Below are positions 42,435-50,847 of a DNA stretch of 52,683 nucleotides, piece after piece. Positions within the stretch are counted from its first letter, which is position 1. Each line of letters begins with the position of its first letter. The DNA is from Bacteroidota bacterium (GTDB taxonomy: Bacteria > Bacteroidota > Bacteroidia > Sphingobacteriales > Sphingobacteriaceae). The stretch is taken from the NCBI GenBank assembly GCA_029851965.1, contig JARKUW010000152.1, positions 1-52,683 on the forward strand. Reading direction: 5' to 3'. The notes beneath the pieces are model-generated. The model was not told the DNA's origin. It worked only from the letters and a program-made list of their open reading frames with translations, and did not search any database. The position numbers were made by a program, and so were the translations under genes.

Positions 42435-43577
42435 TTAAATCTTTGACGACAGGTTAGCAGCCTCTTCCGCAAACTGGGCATCAAACTCTTTCGGAGAGTT
42501 CTTATGCCAGTACGAGGCCAGTATTGAACCTGTCACATTCATTAATGGACCGAAGATCGCTGGTGCAAGCCCTACTGTGGCAATCTTGCCCATTTCTTTT
42601 GCAATTCCGGATGCAAGTCCTCCATTCTGCATACCAACTTCGATAGCCATGGTGCGGCAATCGCGTTCGTTCATCTTAAACAAGCGTCCCGACCAGTATC
42701 CGAAGGTATATCCGCATAAGTTATGTATAAGAACGAGTAGCAATAGTGCAGGTCCAATGGTAAGTAAGCTGTCTCTTCCACTCGCTGTAATAATCACAAT
42801 AATGAAAGCGATTCCAGCCATTGATACAAGCGGCATCGCTGAATCCAACCATTTTGCTTTTCCGCTTAGGTAATGATTGAACAAAATCCCTGCTCCGATC
42901 GGTATAATCACCATCTTAAAGATTTCCCACATCATTGGCAGCACTTCAATCTTAATCAGTGCTCCAGCGAATAGGTTCATTAACACGGGTGTAAATAGTG
43001 GGGCCAACATTGTTGAGACGGCTGTTATCGTGATTGATAATGCAAGATTTGCCTTTGCCAAGTAGGAAATAACGTTAGAGGCCATTCCGTTTGGAGAACA
43101 ACCTATTAATATCATACCTGCAGCAATTTCAGGAGCAAAGTCGAATACGCTCATCCCGAGTTGGGCCAATAAATATCCAAGTAAGGGCATGATCAGGAAG
43201 TGACTGAATACCCCGATAAACACACCTCTTGGGGTCTTTACAACACCAGCGAAGTCCTTAATGCTCATTGAGGTACCCATTCCGAACATGATAATCTGAA
43301 TAAGTGGCGTAATCAGGTTTGAGAGTTTGTATCCATTAACCGTCTGGAAGTATTCTGGATAGAATAAAGAACTCGTCACGGCGGCGAAAATTACGATGGT
43401 ATAGGTAAATCCTTTAAGACGTTCAACTCCCCTAAAGGCGACCGCTAATGCAAGGAAAAACGCGATTGAGGGCGGTCCGACACTTTCTTTATTTCCCGTC
43501 ACGATCATAACGAGCACAGCGAGGAGACACAATATCGCTACAGCTGCAGCGATCGAATAGGCATTTAATTTTTTCAA
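42435..43577 (-). CDS. Bile acid:sodium symporter (BASS/SBF) family transporter
   Basis: IMFGMG, IMPLLG, GCSPNGMASNV and EVGMQNGGLA motifs; TTG start. Confidence 0.9.
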   Translation of the reverse strand: MKKLNAYSIAAAVAILCLLAVLVMIVTGNKESVGPPSIAFFLALAVAFRGVERLKGFTYTIVIFAAVTSSLFYPEYFQTVNGYKLSNLITPLIQIIMFGMGTSMSIKDFAGVVKTPRGVFIGVFSHFLIMPLLGYLLAQLGMSVFDFAPEIAAGMILIGCSPNGMASNVISYLAKANLALSITITAVSTMLAPLFTPVLMNLFAGALIKIEVLPMMWEIFKMVIIPIGAGILFNHYLSGKAKWLDSAMPLVSMAGIAFIIVIITASGRDSLLTIGPALLLLVLIHNLCGYTFGYWSGRLFKMNERDCRTMAIEVGMQNGGLASGIAKEMGKIATVGLAPAIFGPLMNVTGSILASYWHKNSPKEFDAQFAEEAANLSSKI

Positions 43578-43617
43578 AATATTTGGTTTAATGATAAGAA
43601 TTCAATTATTTATACAA

Positions 43618-44547
43618 CTACCAGGTTCTTTTACTCATCATCTGATCAACCTCCGCTCTGGTCATTTTCCCCTCTTTTGGATGTGCAGCCAACCATTTTA
43701 GAAACTCATTCTTAAGTTCATCATTCCACTGGCTGTCTATTTGCCCTGTGCTAAAACGCCCTGTCTTAACCATCTCAAATCCAAACTTGTCTTTTAGAAC
43801 GACGAACTCAGCTGTTTTAATTACCTGCTCTGCTAGGTGTGCAGGAATGAACAGAACTCCTTCTCTTTCTGCGATCACAAGATCACCCGGCAGTACGGTG
43901 ACCCCACCAATTCTAACCGGCGTATTTAGTCCCATCAACACCATCTCTTCTAAGAAAGAGGGATGAAAATCTCTTACAAAAGCATTAAAACCTTCTATTT
44001 TGGATACTTCTTTTAAGTCTCTGGCTGAACCGTTGAAAATCACGCCATTACCTGATTTTGCAAAAATCGAATTTGCAAGGTTACCACCCATCAGCGTGCC
44101 GGCTTCAATTTTACCGTATCCGTCTGCGACATAAACATCTCCTTTTGTCAGCACGTCGATCGGCCATGAATTCGTATTCCCTACGCGGCCTTCTTTACCC
44201 CCGCGGGCCATTATATTTTTTTGCACATCAGGCCGGCTCGGCATGAACTGGGCCGTTAATGCGCGTCCAATAACCGGAACATCATCATGAATCAACTTCC
44301 AATTTCCTTCAAACTGATTCGTATAGCCTTCATTCTTTAAGACTGTCCAGGCGTCATCAAGGCCGATATTCTTTGCACGCGCCAGTAAGTCGTCTGAGAT
44401 TTTCGGGCGACCATCCTTAAAGCGTTCTCCTTTCCATTCGGAGGTAAGGAATACCATTTCATCCCTGGAGATGGTCTGAGCAATTACAGGACTTTCTAGG
44501 ATCAGACTTAAAGAAAATGCTGTCAACACAAACACTTTGAACTTCAT
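43618..44547 (-). CDS. RraA/HMG-aldolase-family protein with Sec signal peptide
   Basis: MKFK + hydrophobic core + VIA/Q; GRALT, G-x20-R-D-x2-E and GGVTVLPGDLVIA..EGVLFIP motifs. Confidence 0.82.
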   Translation of the reverse strand: MKFKVFVLTAFSLSLILESPVIAQTISRDEMVFLTSEWKGERFKDGRPKISDDLLARAKNIGLDDAWTVLKNEGYTNQFEGNWKLIHDDVPVIGRALTAQFMPSRPDVQKNIMARGGKEGRVGNTNSWPIDVLTKGDVYVADGYGKIEAGTLMGGNLANSIFAKSGNGVIFNGSARDLKEVSKIEGFNAFVRDFHPSFLEEMVLMGLNTPVRIGGVTVLPGDLVIAEREGVLFIPAHLAEQVIKTAEFVVLKDKFGFEMVKTGRFSTGQIDSQWNDELKNEFLKWLAAHPKEGKMTRAEVDQMMSKRTW

Positions 44548-44647
44548 ATTATAATAATTAATGTAAAAAATGAATAATTTTCCAATTCAATCGACAATAT
44601 ATCGGGTTCCTTTGGATATTTCTAACAAAACAGATAAAAAAAGTAAA

Positions 44648-46834
44648 TTATTTTAAAGCGAAGGCTATAAAGTCACCTCCAGCCTTTTGACCCCTGGCGC
44701 CACCAGCAGCAATTACAACATATTGTTTCCCATTAACCTGATAGGTCACCGGCGTAGCGAAGCCTCCAGCAGGGAGTTGGTATTCCCAAACGACCTTCCC
44801 GGTTTTCTTATCGAAAGCGCGAATTCGTTCGTCTTTTGTCCCCGCTATAAATACCAGTCCACCGGCGGTCGAGATTGGTCCTCCGTAGCTTTCGGTTCCC
44901 GTTATAGGAATTCCTTTCTTTGTCAACTCCGGAAACTCGCCAAGCGGTACCCGCCACAAATATTCACCTGTGTTCAGGTCAATGGCATTTAAGGTTCCCC
45001 AAGGTGGCTTAACTCCAGGATATCCATCCTGATCGGTCAATTTCTTCCATACACGATTTACATACCGCGGTTGAAAACCAAACTCTTTTTTCTTTTTTGC
45101 AACTGCTGACGGATCCTCTGCATGTTCATCTGAAGCAGCGGGCTTTTGTGCAGCACGTGGGTTCAATAAAAACCCTACAATAGCTTTACGGTCACTTTCG
45201 GAAATATGCTGGAAAGATGGCATCCTTCCACTTCCTGTTTTTACAACCGAAAGTATCTCCTCAGGGCTCCTTCTTTGCCCAATCATGACCAAATTTGGAA
45301 ACTGAGTTCCGCTTCCTTTCCGGTCGGGGCCGTGGCAGGAAGCACAGTTCGTCAGATAAAGTGCATTTCCATGTGAAACGGAAGCGATTTCTTTGTTTCT
45401 GCTCGCCGTATCAATCATTTGCAAAATCCAGGGGTCATTGTTCGAATTCTGATAAAGGATACCATCCGGATCTATAGAGTTTCCTCCCCATTCCGCCCCA
45501 CCACTATAACCGAAAAGTATGGTCCCCTTAGTGCTCGGCGGAGTAAATTTATGATCTGACCCGTATTCCAGGTATTGTTTCTTCACGAACTCGTGTGCCT
45601 CTGGCGATATGTTGGTGATATCCTCTGCAGTAAATTCTTGTTCAGAAAAAGGAAGTGGCTTCAGCGGGTACCGCTGGGTTGGATAAGGATGTTCTCCAGG
45701 AAGCCCTTTTGTCGGTACAGGCCTTTCTTCCACAGGAAACAAAGATGTGCCCTTATCGCGGTCCAGCACGTAAACCAAGCCATCTTTTGTCGCTTGAACA
45801 ACAACATCCACTTTCTTCCCATTATGCGTCACGGTGGTCAGGTTCGGAGGTGTGGAGTGATCGCGGTCCCAAAGGTCGTGATGTATGGTCTGATAGTACC
45901 ACTTCATTTTTCCGGTTTCCGCCTCCAGCGCCATAATACTGGTCGCGAACAGATTGGCACCTTTGCGGTTGCCTCCATAGAAATCAGACGACGGAGAGCC
46001 CGTACCGAAAAATACCATGCCGCGTTTGTCGTCTACAACCAATCCGCTCCAGTTGTTTACTCCACCCACTTCTTTCCAGGCGTCTTTAGGCCAGGTCTCA
46101 TAGCCCACCTGCCCCGGTCTTGGGATCGTATGAAATACCCACTTTAACTTGCCGCTTGGAATGTCAAAAGCACGGATATAGCCTGGGGCAGCGTCGCCAG
46201 ATTCAGAAACACTCGAGCCGAGTACAATCGTATTTTTATACACTACCCCTGGCGAGCTGGCCGTAACAGAAAGGTTGTTTATGTCGTTGTCCAGGCCTTC
46301 CTGAAGGCCTTCACGCAAATCAACCTTTCCATTTTTCCCAAAGCTGCCAACGAGCTTTCCGTTGTCTGCATTTACAGCATAAAGATTCGACCCAACGGTA
46401 TAGAGTATTCTTCTGTCGTCCTTGTCTTCCCAATAAACCACGCCGCGATTGGTGTTAAATCTTTTCGAGTTTTCACCGGGCTCAAACTTCCATTTTTGTT
46501 CACCCGTTGCCGCATTGAGTGCAAACAGCTTGAGTTCACCAGAGGTTCCGTAAAGTACCCCGTTAACGACAATAGGTTGGCATTGGATGGCGATGGCTTT
46601 CTGTGGTGTAGAATCATTTGGGTTCGGCGGGTCTACGGTGCTGTAAGTCCAGGCAACTTGTAGCTGGTTAACATTGCTTACGTTGATCTGATCCAGAGTC
46701 GAATAGCGGTTCCCGGCGGAATTCCCACCGTACTTGGGCCAGTCGGTATAATTGCCGGCCGCGGGCTTATCGGATCTTGTACAACTCACCATTAAAAAAA
46801 GACCGGCAATTAATGGAAAAGAGAGTTTATTCAT
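44648..46834 (-). CDS. PQQ-dependent dehydrogenase lipoprotein with an inserted cytochrome c domain
   Basis: Lipobox LMVSC, WPKYGG..RYS.LDQIN, HHDLWDRD, GGAEWGG, CASCH heme motif with GRMP axial Met, PPWGTL and GKQYVVI. Confidence 0.88.
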   Translation of the reverse strand: MNKLSFPLIAGLFLMVSCTRSDKPAAGNYTDWPKYGGNSAGNRYSTLDQINVSNVNQLQVAWTYSTVDPPNPNDSTPQKAIAIQCQPIVVNGVLYGTSGELKLFALNAATGEQKWKFEPGENSKRFNTNRGVVYWEDKDDRRILYTVGSNLYAVNADNGKLVGSFGKNGKVDLREGLQEGLDNDINNLSVTASSPGVVYKNTIVLGSSVSESGDAAPGYIRAFDIPSGKLKWVFHTIPRPGQVGYETWPKDAWKEVGGVNNWSGLVVDDKRGMVFFGTGSPSSDFYGGNRKGANLFATSIMALEAETGKMKWYYQTIHHDLWDRDHSTPPNLTTVTHNGKKVDVVVQATKDGLVYVLDRDKGTSLFPVEERPVPTKGLPGEHPYPTQRYPLKPLPFSEQEFTAEDITNISPEAHEFVKKQYLEYGSDHKFTPPSTKGTILFGYSGGAEWGGNSIDPDGILYQNSNNDPWILQMIDTASRNKEIASVSHGNALYLTNCASCHGPDRKGSGTQFPNLVMIGQRRSPEEILSVVKTGSGRMPSFQHISESDRKAIVGFLLNPRAAQKPAASDEHAEDPSAVAKKKKEFGFQPRYVNRVWKKLTDQDGYPGVKPPWGTLNAIDLNTGEYLWRVPLGEFPELTKKGIPITGTESYGGPISTAGGLVFIAGTKDERIRAFDKKTGKVVWEYQLPAGGFATPVTYQVNGKQYVVIAAGGARGQKAGGDFIAFALK

Positions 46835-47045
46835 TAGTTCTTTGTGTTTAATGTTTTAAAGTTTTTCTTGAGTATCAAGTTTTAGAACTTGACCATTGCA
46901 GATGCTTGTGCACCTCAAAACTGCGGTTTGCCGTTACATAGATACTGGTTATGAAGCAAAAAGCAGCCTCATAACCAGTTCTGTGACGCTACGGATCTAA
47001 CCCCGTATTCCGTACGCGAAACGCGTTTTATCTTATGCGTGATTC

Positions 47046-47978
47046 TTAATGTCCTCTTTTCAAATATGCTTCGAGTTGCTCTGGAGTAATTGTTGTCTTC
47101 TTAGGATATTTTGAAAACCATGTTCTGAATTCGGCTTTGATGGTATCATTCCAGTCGCCGTGGATCTGGCCGGAAGGATATTTACCCTGTTGTAACAGTA
47201 TCCTCTCGAATTCATCTCTCAGACCAGTTAATTCAGATGCAGAAACCAATCCCTCTACAAGGTGTGCCGGAATAAACACAACGCCGTAATCGTTTGCAAA
47301 AACCACGTCACCAGGGAAAACGGTAACCTCATCTATCCGGATTGGCGCATTAATCGAAGTTGGGGTCATATCCTTGATGTAGGAAGGATCATCTCCTTTC
47401 ACCCAGGCATTAAAGCCTTCGGTGTCCTTCAATTCTTGCATATCCCGGATCGAACCATTAAAAATAACGCCTTTTCCTGTTTTTCCGTAAATGGCATTAC
47501 CTAAGCTGGACCCGATCAACGTGCCGTCTTTTTCCTTACCATAGCCATCCGCAACATAGATATCTCCTTTAGTCAGGATATCAATTGGCCAGATATTTAT
47601 TCCGCCCTTTTGAGAACGGCCTTCCGCCTTTCCCTGAGCTTTTACCAAACTATCCAAATCAGGACGGGATGGCATAAACTGCGCAGTTACAACGCGTCCA
47701 ACCATAGTCTGTCCAGGCTTTAGAATTTTCCAGTTCTTGGCAACCTGATTACGGTAACCTTTTCCACCAGCCATGTAGCCCCAGATCTGTTCCAAAGTAC
47801 AGTTTTGTAAACGTTCAAGAACGAGGTCAGGAACTTTAGGCCGGCCGTCAGGCGTACGTTCACCTTTCCATTGGGAAGTTAACGCTTTCACATATTCAGG
47901 TGTTGAACCAACACGCTGTGCGTATGTAAAGAGACTGCCAGATGTTAGGGCGAGGAGTAGGAATAGTGTTTTTTTCAT
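47046..47978 (-). CDS. Second RraA/HMG-aldolase-family protein with Sec signal peptide
   Basis: MKK + hydrophobic core + TYA/Q; paralog of 43618..44547 (shared WKGER..DGRPK, TAQFMPSRPD and YVADGYGK); S-x20-R-D-x2-E. Confidence 0.82.
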   Translation of the reverse strand: MKKTLFLLLALTSGSLFTYAQRVGSTPEYVKALTSQWKGERTPDGRPKVPDLVLERLQNCTLEQIWGYMAGGKGYRNQVAKNWKILKPGQTMVGRVVTAQFMPSRPDLDSLVKAQGKAEGRSQKGGINIWPIDILTKGDIYVADGYGKEKDGTLIGSSLGNAIYGKTGKGVIFNGSIRDMQELKDTEGFNAWVKGDDPSYIKDMTPTSINAPIRIDEVTVFPGDVVFANDYGVVFIPAHLVEGLVSASELTGLRDEFERILLQQGKYPSGQIHGDWNDTIKAEFRTWFSKYPKKTTITPEQLEAYLKRGH

Positions 47979-48017
47979 GTTAATGGAGCTTAATACAAGT
48001 TATATATTTGGTTAATG

Positions 48018-49187
48018 TTAAACTTTTTTGGCGGCGCTGTTCTTCACAACTGCTTCGGCGAGTCCACGCATGTAACCGATCGCGAACAGATTACCAAGCG
48101 TCATGTATCCCGGTCTTGTATTTTCTTCACCAGCCATAGTAGGCACGTGATCCGGGCGTATCGCACCTTTAAAACGGATGTCGTAATACGCTTTCATCGA
48201 CTCATACATGTCAATCTGCCCTTCATCATGAAACGTTTCGGTGAATTTTGTACTTGGCAGCACGCCACTTAAATCCTGAACATTACGGAAGTGAACAAAA
48301 TGGATCTTTCCGGCTTTGCCCCATCTTCTGATCAAAGCAGGGATATCCGTTCCCATCAGTGCGAAATTTCCCTGACACATGGTCACGCCGCTAAAATCAC
48401 TCGGCATAATTTTAAGCATCCTGTCAAAATTCTCAACCGTATTCATAATCCGGGAAATTCCTTGTATGTTATGAACCTGAGGGTCATCCGGATGAAGCGC
48501 AAGCTTCATCTCAATTTTCTCCGCTTCCGGTACTACAGCACGGAGAAAGTATTCCAGGTTCTTCCACATTGTTTCTTTCGAAACTTCCCCATACTTGGTT
48601 AAGGGCTTATCTTTGATATCATTATAGTCAAACGCCGTTACCAATGCACCACCTCTCGCAGGGCGATCCATTGTGGTTCTTGCCCAGCTAATCACCGGCA
48701 TCCAGTTGTAGCAGATCACATCAACGCCAGCTCTCTTCAGGTTCTTCATGAAGGTGATGAAATTGGCAATTTCTTCATCTCTGCCTTCCAGACCCAGTTT
48801 GGTCTTTTCACCCAGTGATGGGGGGCCTTCGACGACGTTGTAATTTAGTCCTACCTTTTTCCAGGCGTCTTTAACCGCCACAATCGCCTTATAGTCCCAG
48901 GGATTTACATCATTCAAGCCAACCATCCTCGGATTTATTCCCGCAACGGCGCCAAGCGCATTCATCTGCTTGGCGAGTTCAATCAGCTGTCTGCTTGGCT
49001 CGATTCCTGCAAAATAAGCGGTACTCATTTCCATCCCGGCATCCTGCGCCATCCCGTTCAATTCGTAGCTGGAACTAAAATTCTCTATTAAAGGGCTTGC
49101 TGCCGCAGCCCCTATGCCTCCTATAGAAAGTGCTGCTGCAAAAGCGGCACTTTTCTTCATAAAATCTCTTCTATTATTTTGCATCAT
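48018..49187 (-). CDS. Mannonate dehydratase (UxuA)-family protein with a twin-arginine signal
   Basis: NRRDFMKK Tat motif; CYNWMP, LALHPDDP, HFVHFRNV and RPDHVP UxuA motifs. Confidence 0.85.
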   Translation of the reverse strand: MMQNNRRDFMKKSAAFAAALSIGGIGAAAASPLIENFSSSYELNGMAQDAGMEMSTAYFAGIEPSRQLIELAKQMNALGAVAGINPRMVGLNDVNPWDYKAIVAVKDAWKKVGLNYNVVEGPPSLGEKTKLGLEGRDEEIANFITFMKNLKRAGVDVICYNWMPVISWARTTMDRPARGGALVTAFDYNDIKDKPLTKYGEVSKETMWKNLEYFLRAVVPEAEKIEMKLALHPDDPQVHNIQGISRIMNTVENFDRMLKIMPSDFSGVTMCQGNFALMGTDIPALIRRWGKAGKIHFVHFRNVQDLSGVLPSTKFTETFHDEGQIDMYESMKAYYDIRFKGAIRPDHVPTMAGEENTRPGYMTLGNLFAIGYMRGLAEAVVKNSAAKKV

Positions 49188-49218
49188 ACTTGAATTAAAA
49201 ATGAAATTTCAATTGGCC

Positions 49219-50814
49219 TTATTTGTCCCACCACACCGGTGTGGTATACAGATCCGGACCCTGACTGGCTACCGCCTGGTCATAGTTTGCTTTGTTTAAA
49301 GTAGCTTCAGATACGGGGTAGCGTAACCGTAGCATGTGCGTTCCACCGGTAAAATTTCCCGGATAATTCGGCGGTGTAAGCACCGGATATCCAGTCCTGC
49401 GCCAGGTTGAGAAAGCTTCGAAGTTGTCAAAATACATGAAATGACTTAACCAAAACTGCGTATAGATTTGTTCCATCTGCGCATCGAAGCTTCCACCAGG
49501 AAGCGGGTTTGCACTAATATAAGTATTTATTTCGCCTTTTGGAATAACAATACCTCCAGGCCACAAAGTTGTAGATTGCATACTCGCTGTGACTGCAGCA
49601 TTGTAGTGTTCAGCAGCCGTGCCCGGACCCCAACCCCTTAATGCAGCCTCAGCCAGAAGGAACTCTACTTCAGAATAGCTCTGGATAACGGTCGGCGCAT
49701 TCAAACTTCCAACCGTTCCAGTGTTCGGCTCTGAGAATTCAACAAGCATGTTGTTCGTGAAATTTGGAATTGCTTCCTTAATGGAATTTGCGTCATAGCC
49801 ATTCGGCAAGCCCTTCTGCAAAGCAGGATTCGTCGTAGTTGGTAATTTCGCCGCTTGTTGTGCAAGAATGTTACCTTCCCAAAGGGTCGCGTAAAATGGC
49901 AGACGCGGATCATTTCTCAACTTCAAGGCATCGATTAACGTTCTGCTTAGTTTAACCGGACCTTTTCCCGCATTAGATTCCGGTAAACTCTCTCTTTTTA
50001 GCTCAAAGGAATCCCAGTTCTGCGTATTACCATTACCTGCAACATGGTCAACTTTGGCGATGTCAGCATTGCTTTTCATGACCCCACCGGCAATGGCCTT
50101 TTCTACCCACTGTCTCGACAATGCCGCATCCACATTGCTTAGTCTCATTCCGAGGCGTAACATCAGGGAGTACCCAAATGTCTTCCATTTTGGAATGCTT
50201 CCCTGATATAAGACATCATTAATACCATAAGAAGGTTTGGATGCATCCAGCTGGCCAATAGAAGTCTCCAGCTCCTGCAGCATCTTTGGATAAATTTCAG
50301 ACTGCTTGTCGTATTTGGGTTTATATATTCCGTTGATAAATCCCTGACCCGCCTCTGTGTACGGCACGTCACCATAGATATCTGTTGCACGGTGTAAGGT
50401 GAACACGCGCCAGATGTTCGCGATTGCATACTGATTGATCAGTTCCGGATTTCCCTCGGTTGAGGCAATCACCTGCTGCAACGGTTTTAAATGCGTATTG
50501 TAGATGGTTTCAAAGAGATCGCCGAACTGATTGTTTTCAAAGTTCTTATCACCACTCCAGTTGGTACCAAGGGCAGCCATATACTGCATGGTACCTGCAA
50601 AATATTTAATGTTCGTCCGGTTCCGGTCAGGTGTACCTGTACCAGCGGTACGTATAATACTAGTTGTGAACAAACTACCTACCTGAGGCTCCGTATATGC
50701 GTTTGGATTCTTATTCATTTCCTCGAAACCTTTATCGCAGGAAGACAGAAATATCACAGATGCCAGCCCTGTCTTAAGAACTGTTCCTGATAATTTTCGT
50801 GTTATATTAATCAT
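49219..50814 (-). CDS. SusD/RagB-family outer-membrane lipoprotein
   Basis: Lipobox LSSC + DKGFEEMNKNPN; TDIYGDVPYTEA, EVEFLLAEA, WRRTGYP and RLRYP..E..LN motifs. Confidence 0.92.
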   Translation of the reverse strand: MINITRKLSGTVLKTGLASVIFLSSCDKGFEEMNKNPNAYTEPQVGSLFTTSIIRTAGTGTPDRNRTNIKYFAGTMQYMAALGTNWSGDKNFENNQFGDLFETIYNTHLKPLQQVIASTEGNPELINQYAIANIWRVFTLHRATDIYGDVPYTEAGQGFINGIYKPKYDKQSEIYPKMLQELETSIGQLDASKPSYGINDVLYQGSIPKWKTFGYSLMLRLGMRLSNVDAALSRQWVEKAIAGGVMKSNADIAKVDHVAGNGNTQNWDSFELKRESLPESNAGKGPVKLSRTLIDALKLRNDPRLPFYATLWEGNILAQQAAKLPTTTNPALQKGLPNGYDANSIKEAIPNFTNNMLVEFSEPNTGTVGSLNAPTVIQSYSEVEFLLAEAALRGWGPGTAAEHYNAAVTASMQSTTLWPGGIVIPKGEINTYISANPLPGGSFDAQMEQIYTQFWLSHFMYFDNFEAFSTWRRTGYPVLTPPNYPGNFTGGTHMLRLRYPVSEATLNKANYDQAVASQGPDLYTTPVWWDK

Positions 50815-50847
50815 AATAGAAAGTTTAATGTTGTGTAAGTGTGTTTT

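Noticed and set aside
45575-46147. 190-aa plus-strand ORF inside the PQQ dehydrogenase, and the many other short nested or antisense ORFs in the track
   Set aside because: Fully overlap well-supported genes and lack protein-like motifs.
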